A model generated the notes under the pieces. The model had not been told where the DNA came from, searched no databases, and saw nothing but the letters and a program-made list of their open reading frames with translations. A stretch of 63,367 nt of DNA, filler included, from Octopus bimaculoides (lineage: Eukaryota), in the NCBI RefSeq assembly GCF_001194135.2. It is 6 parts of 6 records of this genome, joined end to end, with 100 filler letters (N's around TTAATTAATTAA, not from the genome) between each part and the next. Parts side by side here need not be neighbours in the genome. Positions count along the whole stretch, not along the records: positions 7,633 to 34,518 come from NC_069002.1; positions 34,619 to 50,764 come from NC_068988.1; 4 more parts are not named here. One strand, written 5' to 3'. Made by a program: the position numbers and the translations under genes. Numbering within the stretch: position 1 is the first letter of the stretch; every line of letters starts with the position of its first letter. This document shows positions 24,706 through 37,410 of the stretch, one piece after another.

Positions 24706-25360
24706 ATGACACCAACCATGCTCTTCGATCAACTGTTTCTCCTTCCCTCGTAGCCCCTCTAAACTTCTCTTCACTCTTGATATCAAGAGCCTATACACGA
24801 TGATCCCTCACCACGAGGGGCTGCGTGCACTTCATCATTTACTTGACCTTCGACCCAATCCTCAACCTGACACATCCATACACGTTCATCTGTCTTCTCA
24901 CTTAACTGCTTCTCGTTCGCGGGTGATTATTACCAGCATGATCTCAGGAGTGGCCATGGGAACGAGAATGGGCCCCAACTATGCGAACCTCTTCGTTGGC
25001 TACGTTGAGGCCCAAATATTCTCAAGTTTCACTGGTCCCACTCCCGAACTATACGGTCATTATATTGACGACTGTATCGGTGCGACCTCACTCTCCCGCG
25101 AACATCTAGACTCTTTCCTCTCTTTTCTCAAATCTTTCCATCCTTCCCTCCACTTTTTCTGCAATATTTCCGACACTTCAGTTGCCTTTTTCGACGTTTC
25201 AGTCAGTATTCTTCACTCCACTCTTACCACCTCCATCCACTACAAACACACAGACTCACACTCATACCTCAACTTCTCCTCCTCCCACCCTAAACACACC
25301 AAGCTCTCCATCCCCTATTCCCAATTCCTCCGTCTACGCAAGCTCTGCAGTGACGACTAT
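24705..25360 (+). mobile_element. Penelope-like element reverse transcriptase fragment
   Basis: 'ISRAYT/MIPHHEGLRAL...GVAMGTRMGPNYANLFVG...YIDDCIG...HSYLNFSSSHPKHTKLSIPYSQFLRLRKLCSD' are diagnostic PLE RT motifs; internal deletion. Confidence 0.92.
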
Positions 25361-25532
25361 GACACACAGAAATTAGCTTTCGTATTTATTATATATATAT
25401 AATAAATACGAAAGCTAATTTCTGTGTGTCATAGTCGTCACTGCAGAGCTTGCGTAGACGGAGGAATTGGGAATAGGGGATGGAGAGCTTGGTGTGTTTA
25501 GGGTGGGAGGAGGAGAAGTTGAGGTATGAGTG
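25259..25532. repeat. Perfect palindrome (arms at least 137 bp) centred on (TA)n at 25395/25396, ending at a gap
   Basis: 25396-25532 is the exact reverse complement of 25259-25395. Confidence 0.95.
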
Positions 25533-25769
25533 NNNNNNNNNNNNNNNNNNNNNNNNNNNNNNNNNNNNNNNNNNNNNNNNNNNNNNNNNNNNNNNNNNNN
25601 NNNNNNNNNNNNNNNNNNNNNNNNNNNNNNNNNNNNNNNNNNNNNNNNNNNNNNNNNNNNNNNNNNNNNNNNNNNNNNNNNNNNNNNNNNNNNNNNNNNN
25701 NNNNNNNNNNNNNNNNNNNNNNNNNGGTTAAACTCGGGTGTTCTCTTTGAGCAATGAACCGACAAACAT

Positions 25770-26030
25770 CTCAACTAGTTTCTTATTTCTTTATTGCCCA
25801 CAAGGGGCTAAACGTAGAGGGGACAAACAAGGACAGACGAAGGGATTAAGTCGATTACATCGAGACCAGTGTGTAACTGGTACTTAATTTATCGACCCCG
25901 AGGGGATGAAAGGCAAAGTCGACCTCGGCGGAATTTGAACTCACAACGTAAAGACAGATGAAATACCACTAAGCATTTCCCCCGGCGTGCTAACGTTTCT
26001 GCCAGATCGCTGCCTTATCTCAACTAGTTT
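25770..26030 (-). mobile_element. SINE family B, full length
   Basis: Reverse complement of the family B head and central ctttcatccctcggggtcgataaattaagtacc domain. Confidence 0.85.
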
Positions 26031-29000
26031 CGCCTGGCTATTGTTGGTTCATGATTCCTGCTCATGCAGTTGGAATATAAAATACTCCACTATTCTATAA
26101 TTCCTTAACCATGTTTGATATTATTTAGAAAAGTGTTTTAGAGCCGCTCAGACATGTAAGTCCTTACCATGCAATTACATCTGTGACTTCGATTTCTTCT
26201 GGTATCAACTCTGGCTTTATTTTCTTTGGTGTTGCGGGGCTTCAGTCACACATAATTACCATTCAAGACAGAAATCGAAATATAAGTATTCGATCTGTGG
26301 TATTCTGTCGTTTTTTACAACTATTATTTGCCTGGACGATATCAGACGATGTTCAGTTTCTTAAGAGGTTAACATGTGTTATAGTAGAGATTTAAATCTG
26401 GATTGTAGACCAAAGAGTTTTCTCGTTTGGTGAAAGATTTGGTGATATATATATACCCGATACCAGTCTTCTACTGAAGTTGGTTCTTTCGATTAAGTAT
26501 TCCCATTTACAGAATCGTCTGTTCTAGCAATTAAAACCTCCCACAACAGTTTATTTTGTGCCAATGTGAAAAGTGGAAATCATTAATAATTAATTTGAAT
26601 GTCTGTTGGTGGCAAAATAAAGGTAAAGTGAATATTTTGCAATAATTAGGTACTTCCTCCTGATTTCAGATCCCGCCAGGACCAACTTTCATCCCTCTGG
26701 GACGATTAATTCCAGTGATTTATTATAATAATTTCAAAGACTCTCCAAAACCACCACCACCACCACCACTTCCTAGCTTTGATTCTTTGTTAGAATTCGT
26801 TATAATGTTATTATTTACTTTAATCAAACATGGTACATAGGAAACACTAACGGTATTTTCTTTATTTCTCAGTTTTCTGATTTGAAACGAACCGGAAATC
26901 GACTTTACCTTTCATCTCTGTGAGATTCGTACAATGAGAACTAAACATGAAATGTTGTTTAAATTCTATTGACTGTAATATTAAACAATTATATTGTTTA
27001 ATAAATTCAGAGTAAAATTGGCTACAACAAAAATATCTTTTCTATCACGTCAGAATTTTTTTATGCCGGAAGTTAAATCCTGAACAATAATGAAAATCTT
27101 CAAAGACAGCAGCAACTTTGAAATAATACACCAGGAGCTAGACATAGCAGCCAAATTGCTATTAAATTTAAAAACAACAAGATAGAAATTATTGGATAGT
27201 GTAGTCTGAGGTAAACTAGAACAAAACACAGCTGGAGCATTTTTGATTACAAGTTTTATCGATTAGTATTGACCTAAGGCTGAACAAAAATTTTGGTTGA
27301 GGAATCAATTTACCAGTATGCACGACAACGTTTTTCAGGAGAGAAATCTTACTGTCTACGTTATAATGACTGTTATGTTATATAATCGCCAGAATTCCGT
27401 CTGCTTACAAGGGAGATTTCTTTCCAAAAAAATTTACATTCGAAACAGTCTAAAGATAAAATAATATTTCTAACTTTATTAATTAATTAGTAGGCTTCGA
27501 AATGAAGCTATCTTTTGTAACACACAAGCAGAATTAACTCACAATTTCAAAACGAATTCGCAAATATTGAAACATGAAAATTGTAAAAATTGAAAATACA
27601 ACGAAAATCTAATATCAAAGAAAATGTTTCATCTCCTGGCGACTGAGTAATGAATCCACCGTATGTATTTGAGGGCAATGTGGTCACACATTTAATTCGA
27701 CTCCAGTATTTTGTAGATAAAAATCAGAAGCATATATTATTCTCTTGCTTTGAGAGGTTGTTTTCTTTTTTTATTTCACACTAATATAACTCTAGTCTCA
27801 CCAGTTTTGCTTCTGATGTTTTTCTATTAAAATTCTCGCATTGAAGAAGAGTAACTACAGTAGCCTATATTCCAGCTGGGAAATCTATTGTTCGTCTAAT
27901 CATCTTTTGACAATTTTCAATTGATGTACAATGTTCAAATTCAATAAAACAAGCTTAGAAAATTCAGAGAAGTGATTATGTTTTGTTAATTGCTTATTTC
28001 CTGTAAATATGGTTTTACGTAAATTCGTTTTCTTTGTTTTCCTTTGTGGTTTGATCTTTTCCACATCAATTCGTGTTTAATAACTTTGAAATGTTGTCTG
28101 GAAATTATCAACATGTTCGTTCCGTTAAAGTATGGAAAGTATTATCAATTCTATAACATGACTTCAATGAAAGCGATTAAAAATTCTCTGGAATTAAGCA
28201 GGAATATTGGCGTCTGCTGAGTTTAATAGAATTGAAATTTGAATGAGGCAAGTATCGAACATAAATTTTTGAAGAATATTATTGAATAGATTAAAGAAGT
28301 AGTCCAGCAATTACGTTTGTCGNNNNNNNNNNNNNNNNNNNNNNNNNNNNNNNNNNNNNNNNNNNNNNNNNNNNNNNNNNNNNNNNNNNNNNNNNNNNNN
28401 NNNNNNNNNNNNNNNNNNNNNNNNNNNNNNNNNNNNNNNNNNNNNNNNNNNNNNNNNNNNNNNNNNNNNNNNNNNNNNNNNNNNNNNNNNNNNNNNNNNN
28501 NNNNNNNNNNNNNNNNNNNNNNNNNNNNNNNNNNNNNNNNNNNNNNNNNNNNNNNNNNNNNNNNNNNNNNNNNNNNNNNNNNNNNNNNNNNNNNNNNNNN
28601 NNNNNNNNNNNNNNNNNNNNNNNNNNNNNNNNNNNNNNNNNNNNNNNNNNNNNNNNNNNNNNNNNNNNNNNNNNNNNNNNNNNNNNNNNNNNNNNNNNNN
28701 NNNNNNNNNNNNNNNNNNNNNNNNNNNNNNNNNNNNNNNNNNNNNNNNNNNNNNNNNNNNNNNNNNNNNNNNNNNNNNNNNNNNNNNNNNNNNNNNNNNN
28801 NNNNNNNNNNNNNNNNNNNNNNNNNNNNNNNNNNNNNNNNNNNNNNNNNNNNNNNNNNNNNNNNNNNNNNNNNNNNNNNNNNNNNNNNNNNNNNNNNNNN
28901 NNNNNNNNNNNNNNNNNNNNNNNNNNNNNNNNNNNNNNNNNNNNNNNNNNNNNNNNNNNNNNNNNNNNNNNNNGGTTTTGAGCAATTCTACCCAAACCTT

Positions 29001-30012
29001 TTCAGGCTGCCATCCCTTCGGCACCCTGACCACATTTCTAGCGCCCTCCCCCACTCTCTACCACAAACATAGACATCTTTCTGCATAAAATTCCAAAGAA
29101 CTGTATTTCAAAATAAGACTTATCCTAATTAACTAATTATTTGGTAGTTTTTACATCTATTGCTCCCTTTTGGCCACCCCATTATTGCCTCCAGTTTTCT
29201 TCAACGCCCCTCCTAAGTGAGAGATACAATCCATCGTTTGAATTAACACCACTAAATCACACTTAAGTTAGTATTAGCGACATTTGAGACAAGTAATGTA
29301 TTTAATGTCACGATTTGATGTACTTTTCCCGGTATTTTCTCACCGGAAGTATTTGTCAGGATGCATCCGGTCTAATAATTCCTCAGAGTAGCAATTAGAT
29401 TCATTCATAGCCTTTGATTTTTTTTACTGTGCGATTTACAGAGATTGAAGTAGTTGTTAGGAACACGCCACGCCTCGTGACTTTTTCTTCTCTCCCACCC
29501 AAATGATTAACTCCTGCATTTTGATGGATCTATCTGCAAATCTAAGCACGGAGTACAACGGAGATCTATAAGAACCTGCAATGAAAACGTTATGTAAAGA
29601 AAATCAGACTACAGCTTTAAAGCTGAAACACTTAAAAGATTTAAAGATTTAATGGAACATTTGTGCTAGAAATGGCAGTTGTCATACTTGAATTGTACTC
29701 TACCCTTTTGAAGAAGGGGATACATCAGATAAAGTAATGCTAGGTATACAATGTTCGAGTAAAGATGACGAGTGCGTGGATGGGACGCCATTGCTCACTG
29801 ATATCTGCTAATTGAGTGTAGTGGGTGGATATACATACATAGATACATACATTCATACATATATACATACATAGATGCATGCATGCATACATACATACAT
29901 ACATACATACATACATACATACATACATACATGCATGCATGCATGCATGCATACATACATACATACATACATACATACATACATACATACATACATACAT
30001 AAATACATGCAT

Positions 30013-31568
30013 AGGGATGTAGAGGTGAAGTTTGGTCAGGATAAATGTTGTTATATGGTTGTGAAAAGGGGGAAAAACTGTAAACCAAACAAGCAATATC
30101 TTCCTCAATGACCTAACTGTTGCCCTTATATCTGATGAGTAATGTTACAGGTATCTAGGGGTGGATAGAAACATATCTTACCTGTAACAAAACAAATGTC
30201 ACTAAAGAATATTACAGCTCAATAAAGACAATTTGGACCTCAGGACTCTCTGCACTTCAGTTGGCCCACAATGTGCTTGCAGTTTCAGTACTCACACCAA
30301 CATCTGGGTGGATTGATTGGACACTTGATGAGATCCGAGCCATTAATGTGAAAACCCGGCAAATACTAACAAACACACATAATTTCCACATAAACAGTAA
30401 CGTAGGCCGCCTCTACATAAAATGAAAACAAGACGGCAGCATCTTAACATCGATCTAAAATTCCTTTGAATGTCGTATCATATCCATTCGGCAACATCTT
30501 TTAACCACCAAGCGTCGAAGTGCATCCCTTGACTAAGTGTAAACACATGAGGCTGATAACATCATAAGACTTGGAAGGCAGGTCATTGAGGAGCATCCCC
30601 TTGTCTGATAATCTTAAATACATTCCAAAAGAAGTCGCACGACTCTGCTGCAACGTATCATCAGATGGAATGATGAGCATGTATGAGCAGAAGACCATGC
30701 ATGGATACGTTAATAGAAAGCTCCGAGATGATAGTAACAATGATCATCAAAGCAGTCTCTCATGGACCAATAACCGGATTACTATCTCCCACTTTGAAGG
30801 GTATGCGTTTGCAATCCAGGAACAGGAAATGTGGAGCAAATACCTGATGCACAAAAGGGGTAGAGATGCAGGAAAAGCAGTAAAATGTAACAACTAATGC
30901 AAACTTTGTGGAGTTAACACCGAAGATATCACCTACATCATAAACAATTGTCCGAAAATGACATCACGGTATTCTCTACCGATGAGACATGCTGTTGCAG
31001 CTAGGACACTAAATAATGAAATCCGTCGGAAGGGTAGCCCTGAAGACAAAGAAATAAAAATTCACGGTATGGTAGAAGCCATAGCCACACATAATAAAAA
31101 GGAGTACTGGTGGAATGTCCCACGGAAAACCTCAATAAAATGTAAGCACAACAGACTTGACATAATGATTTGGGATGGAGAAGAGAAACTGTGTACAGTT
31201 GTGGAAATCAGCTGCCCAGTGGATGTTAACATAAAGCTGAAGATCAGTGAAAAAGAGGACACTTACGCTGAACTATTGAAAAATCTACGGTTACTCTATC
31301 CAGATTACAAATTCAGGTATATACCTATAATTACTGGGGCACTGGGATATGTAACACACTGCCTAAATACCAATTTTTAGAAATTAGGATTCTCAAAACC
31401 AGAAAGGAGAAAGCTCATTCAAAGACTACAGATCCAAGCCATCACTGGAACTGTAAAACTCTGGAAAACTTTCCAGAAGTTTATCATTTAAATATATATG
31501 AACATGTCTAGATATGTAAATATATGCATGAGAATACATATATGAAACAAAACATACTAATCTGCACA
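30013..31568 (+). mobile_element. 5'-truncated R4/Dong-clade (RLE) LINE inserted in (CATA)n
   Basis: RT end 'DVEVKFGQDKCCYMVVKRGK...YRYLGVD'; 'HFEGYAFAIQEQE'; zinc finger 'CN-N*CKLCGVNTEDITYIINNCP'; RLE 'HNRLDIMIWD...VVEISCP...EKEDTYAEL...IPIITGALG'. Confidence 0.9.
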
Positions 31569-31674
31569 TATACATACATACATACATACATACATACATA
31601 CATACATACATACATACATACACACATACATACATACATTAAGGTCCTGGAAGGGTAGAAAGATTGAGTATTCC

Positions 31675-31719
<45 letters not shown>

Positions 31720-31903
31720 CAAAATGCAATCACAACATAATAGCAAAGATAATGTTTAAGCTATATGAAAACCGAAATGTAGCAAAATATAAAACAAGTT
31801 GTCGTTTCAATACACTCCATGAGCATGCATACGCATGCTCATGGAGTGAACATCCATACAACCATATAAACAATATATACATACACATGTGTGGGGCAAC
31901 GTG

Positions 31904-31969
<66 letters not shown>

Positions 31970-32249
31970 TGTATACATATAGTATATACAAACTTATTGC
32001 CAGTTCAAATATGCTTGAGGCAAGTTCGAACTCGAATCAGCTCGCAGCGACACCTAATCAGAATGTGGATGCATGTACGTTTCTCCATATTTGACCTGGT
32101 ACTAAGTTTGTATTTAGGCACAACACTGCTTAGCGCTGTCGCCGCATACGTATATATATTTCTGTTTAACCATAACAGACTGGTGTGTCTTGTCATGATT
32201 ACTTAAGCAGTTATTTATCCTATAAGCAATATTTATAGCCATCTTCAAG

Positions 32250-32700
32250 GCATCCAGCTGGCAGAATCCTTAGCACACCGGGCAAAATTGCTTCGTGGAA
32301 TTTCGTTCGTCATTACGTTCTGAATTCAAATTCCGTTGAAGTCGACCTTGCCATTTCACCCCTTTCAGAGTCGATAAGTACCAGAGAAGTATTAGGGTCG
32401 ATTATATCGATTTACCTACTCCCCTGAGATTGCTTGTGTTGTGTCGAAATTTGAACCCATTATTTGTAGCTGTGTCAGCGAGGTGGCGTTAAGTCGTTAA
32501 CGCGCTGGGCAAAAGGTTTAGTGGTGTCTCTTCTAGTTTTATGTTCTGTGTTCGAGTACCGCTAAGGTCGACTTTGTATGTCGCCCTTTCGGGGTCGATA
32601 AAATAAGTGCCAGTCAAGCTCTGGAATTGGTGGTAAACAAGTGAACCCCTCTACACAAAATGTCAAGCATTGTGCAAATAGTAGAAAGGATTATTTCTAG
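32250..32700 (+). mobile_element. Two tandem SINE family B copies
   Basis: Heads at about 32255 and 32480 with ggtcgataa..taagtaccag central domains. Confidence 0.75.
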
Positions 32701-33349
32701 CTGAATTCGCTTCGAGACATACCTTTATATTATACGTTCCTCGATGCTTCTACATTTAAATGTTGTGTATATGTATATATATATATGAATGTAGTATACA
32801 TGCATACATAGAAATGTAGTTCTTTGTGTGTTCGTGTGTGTGTGGGGGGGGGGTTGTGTGTGTGTGTGTGTACACATATATTTTCATATGTGTTCTTGTG
32901 TATGTGTGTGGATTAACATAATGTATTGTGTTGGCATACAGCTCCAAGTAAGAGTGCTCAGCTCTTAGAAAGTTCAATAGATCGCTGTGAATGTCAACTT
33001 CATCCTACGAGTGATCAGACGAAGATAAACTTTACATTGATTCTGTCTATTTATAAAGTAGCTGTGTTTACTGAAGAATCTGTTGAATAGGATTTTAATT
33101 CTGGTGAATTGTTTTTAGCGTCAAGTTGTTTCGGATTGATTTTGTTGTGCTGTTGTCTACGGTGATTTGTCAAGAAGCAAGACGAAAAGGTTTATATATT
33201 GGCAGCTTCGGTTGTGTTCGTCTTTATCTGGCATGTGGAAAGGGAGTGCATTAGCGTCCAGATTCTTTGATCCATAAGATAACAGCCACTGGAGCTTGGG
33301 GTACAATGAAACATATATAAATAATGTATTAAGTGTTTATAATTAATAA

Positions 33350-33860
33350 GAATGGTACGTTGGTAGATCAGTTAGAGCGTTGAGTATGCGTCAGTTGCAA
33401 CGCTTACTATATTTGTTTCAGTTCTCTATGCTCTGAGTTCAAATCCTGCCGAGACCATCTTCATCGATTATCCATTCAGTGTCGACAAATACGAAGTACC
33501 AACCGGCAAAAGAGACTGCTAAAATAAGTACATTGGACTCTATTTGTCCACCCACGCATTCCTCCCAAATTTGTGTCAAGAAACTTTTATCGTGAATTCG
33601 AGTTGACAAATTTTGAGCGGAATTGATGGGCTAAAGCTTATAGAAGACCGTTGTATGTGTGTGTGTATTCTTTTATTTGTTTCAATTATTTGACTGCGGC
33701 CATTCTAAAGAAATCGATACCAGGACTTATTTTATGTAACCCTAATACTTATATGATCGAATCTCTTTTGCCGAGCCGCTAAGTTATGGGGGACATAAAC
33801 ACACCAACATTGGTTGTGAAGCGATGGTGGATGACAAATACAAACATACAAACACACATA
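33350..33860. mobile_element. Decayed SINE B (+) followed by a SINE A 3' half (-)
   Basis: gttctgagttcaaatcc/gtcgacaaa motifs, then the reverse complement of the SINE A tail (ccgctaagttatggggg...gcgatggtgg). Confidence 0.6.
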
Positions 33861-33879
33861 AATATATATTTACATACAT

Positions 33880-33910
<31 letters not shown>

Positions 33911-34619
33911 AAACAGATAAATAAGTAACAGGCTTCAAAANNNNNNNNNNNNNNNNNNNNNNNNNNNNNNNNNNNNNNNNNNNNNNNNNNNNNNNNNNNN
34001 NNNNNNNNNNNNNNNNNNNNNNNNNNNNNNNNNNNNNNNNNNNNNNNNNNNNNNNNNNNNNNNNNNNNNNNNNNNNNNNNNNNNNNNNNNNNNNNNNNNN
34101 NNNNNNNNNNNTGTGTGTGTGTGTGTGTGTGTATATATTAGCCATAGAATAAAAAATGTTTGATCCATGTGTTGTGAACCTTTTGGAAATGGTGAGCGGA
34201 ATTAAACTTTACATGTTTTACCTGCTGATATCTGCTGGGTGCCTGTTGTTCACTCTTGGATAAACCTTACTGGTGCGGACTTGCCTATTGGTGTCTACTG
34301 TTTTTGAGTTGTAAAATGTGCCCGAAGGAGATGAAGAACTTTGAGCTTTAACTCTAAATGGTGGTAAATCATTTCTGTTCTTGATTTTTAACCGATGGAC
34401 TACTTTATGGTACCTCATTTCTTTATTTTACTTTACTTTATTCTATATCGACCTATATTATATTATAGATTTGAAATTTTTATTCCTTTTATTCGTATTA
34501 ATTTTTATTCGTATTAATNNNNNNNNNNNNNNNNNNNNNNNNNNNNNNNNNNNNNNNNNNNNTTAATTAATTAANNNNNNNNNNNNNNNNNNNNNNNNNN
34601 NNNNNNNNNNNNNNNNNNT

Positions 34620-34960
34620 AGGGTTGTGAGTTAGTAAGGGGTAGTGTTATGAGATAGGAAGGGGTAGGGTTGTGAGTTAGTAAGGAGTAGTGTTATGAGA
34701 TAGGAAGGGGTAGGGTTGTGAGTTAGTAAGGGGTAGTGTTATGAGATAGGAAGGGGTAGGGTTGTGAGTTAGTAAGGGGTAGTGTTAGGAGTAGGGAAGG
34801 TATTGTGTTGAGGAAATTGTTGTGTTGTGAGTTGGGAAGGTGTGAGATAGAAAGTGTAGTGTTGTGAGATAAAAAGAGATAATGTAGTGAAGTGGGAAAG
34901 TAGAGTGTTGTGTGATAGGAAGGTGTAGTTTTGTGAGTTGGGAAGGTGTAGATGTATTGT
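34620..34960. repeat. 46-bp tandem repeat (about 3.7 clean units, then decaying ~23-bp subunits)
   Basis: gggttgtgagttagtaagggg recurs at 34621, 34667, 34713 and 34759. Confidence 0.85.
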
Positions 34961-35364
34961 TTGTATCTTGATACTATTGAAACAGTAGAGTAGATGTTGT
35001 TGTTATCAAGATTCTGGAAATATCCTCTTAGAGGATGTTTCCAAGGACTTCTGTTCATGCAAGTGGAAATGTCTGATGATATACAGTGTCTTAGGTGAAT
35101 GTGAATGATGTCAGTGGTGAAAGGCTAGAAATAGAATGGCATCCACTCAACTCTGTATGTAAACTTTAATTGACCATTCATATATTCTTATGGTTATAGT
35201 TACTTGATAGGTTGTGTCTCAGATAGTGTCCACCTGTTTGCAGGGAACATATGTTTAAAGCATTCCTCATCTTATGTACAGCTCCCAATCTAACTCAATG
35301 GAACTTATTTTAGTTTTATTCTGAGCATGATATGGATCTTCTATATCTGTTATCTGTCATTTGT

Positions 35365-35750
35365 TTCAGTCATTTGACTATGGCCATGCTAGAGCACCAC
35401 CTTAAATGGTCTTGGTCAAACAAGTTGACCTCAGGACTTGTTTTTAAAGCTTCGTAATTATTCTATCAGTCTCCATTGTTGAACAACTAAGTTATGGAGA
35501 TGTAAGCACACCAACACAGGTTGTCAAGCAGTGATGGAGGACAAACACAGGCACAAAGACACACACACATAGGTGCACACACATACACACGACTGACTTC
35601 TTTCAGTTTCTGTCTACCAAATCCACTCACAAAGCTTTGGTTGGCCTATGGCTATAGTAGTAGACACTTGCCCAAGGTTTCACACAATGGGACTGAACCG
35701 GAAACCATGTAGTTATGAAGCAAGCTTCTTACCACACAGCCATGCCTGCA
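35365..35750 (-). mobile_element. SINE family A, near full length
   Basis: Tail, internal (CA)n, core and tRNA-like head all present on -. Confidence 0.8.
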
Positions 35751-36114
35751 CCTATAATTTAAATATTTAATCTACAAGCTTTAATATTTGTCAACATTGT
35801 TGGTTACCTATTTAATATGAATAAAAAGGAAAGATTATTAAGAACCAATATATTGTGCATATCCTTTGTTGTATTATATTTATTGGAAACTGAGTCTGTA
35901 TAAATTGCTACACTGAGTTTATTGTTCCCGATCTTGAATAGGAATGAGAAACTCCTGATATTGATTCACATAGACTCAGCTTTGAATGAATATTACTCAG
36001 TTCCATTTATCAGTAATAAAATACTTTCTTTTGTGCATGTACTTGTTACACCAGTGTGATACCACTATCCATCATCGACTTTTGCTTGCTGTCTACTTTA
36101 ATATTTTTATCTTT

Positions 36115-36490
36115 CATCTTTTACTTGTTTCAGTCATTAGACAGGGGCTCTGCTAGGGCATTGCCTTGAAGAATTTTTAGTCAAATGAATCCACACCAGT
36201 ACTTATGTTTTGAAGCTTGATACTTATTTCATTGGTGTCTTTTGCCAAACAACTAAGTTACGGGGATTTAAAAACACACCAATATCAGTTGTCAAGCAGT
36301 GGCTGGGGCAGACACAAAGACATGCGTGCACACACACACACACACACACACACTTCTTTCAGTTTCTGTATACCAAATCTACTCACAATGCTCTGGGCAG
36401 TTCAAGGCTATAGTAGAAGACACTTGCCCAAGGTGCCATGCAGTGAGACTGAACCCAGAACCATGTGGCTGGGAAGCAAGCTTCTTACCA
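36115..36490 (-). mobile_element. SINE family A, near full length
   Basis: Same organisation as 35365-35750. Confidence 0.8.
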
Positions 36491-36884
36491 TGACATTTAG
36501 CTTCTATCTTTTATTTCTCATACAGTTAATCCTGACCAGAGCTGTCACTCACAAATAACTGTGACTTTGTTGCATGTACCATGCTTTTGCTAATTGATAG
36601 GTGCCTGTATAGTCACAAATAGATACAGATTCCCTCTTCACCCACCCATCTTTGAATCAGTGGAGCAGCTGGAGAGAAAATGTGCTGCACCAGTTCTTGG
36701 TTGATATTCATTTACAGCTGAGTAAACTGGATCATGTGAAATATAGTACTTTCTTCAAGGATACATTGTGCTGTCTAGCCCTGGAATTGAACCTACAACT
36801 TCATGATTGTGAACCCAACACCAGAACTACTAGACCACATTCAAGCTTAATATTAATGTTTATTCTTTGATGTTGACACTTCTC

Positions 36885-37255
36885 ACTTGTAAAACCTTTA
36901 TATTTTACCATTAAAACTGTATTAAACTTTCTCTATATTCCACCATTAAAACCTTGTAAAACCTTCTTCATATTCTTCTATTAAAAACACTTGTAAAACC
37001 TTCTCCACATTTCCACACTTAAAACCTTATGAAACCTTCTCCATGTTTCACCATTAAGATCTTGTAAAATGTTCTTCATATTCCACTATTAAAAACTTTA
37101 TAAAACCTTCTCTATATTTCCACCATTAAAGTCTTACAAAACTTTCTCCATATTTCACCATTAAAACCTTGTAAAACTGTCTTCATATTTTGCCATTAAA
37201 ACCTTCTCCATTAAAATCTTGTATAACCTTCTTCATATTCCACCATTAAAAATTA
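36885..37255. repeat. Minisatellite with a ~32-34 bp unit (ttaaaaccttgtaaaaccttctccatattccacca), about 11 copies
   Basis: Direct reading of recurring cattaaaa/aaaaccttct motifs. Confidence 0.85.
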
Positions 37256-37410
37256 CAAACTGATTTTGCCCTACTACATTTAACTACATTTAGTTGAAAG
37301 TTTGGTAGGAAGGAATACATAACTGTTATTATCAGAGTTATTTTTCATATATATATTCATAACTTATGCAATAATTGTTAACATTTCTTCAAATATATAT
37401 TTTATCAGAT

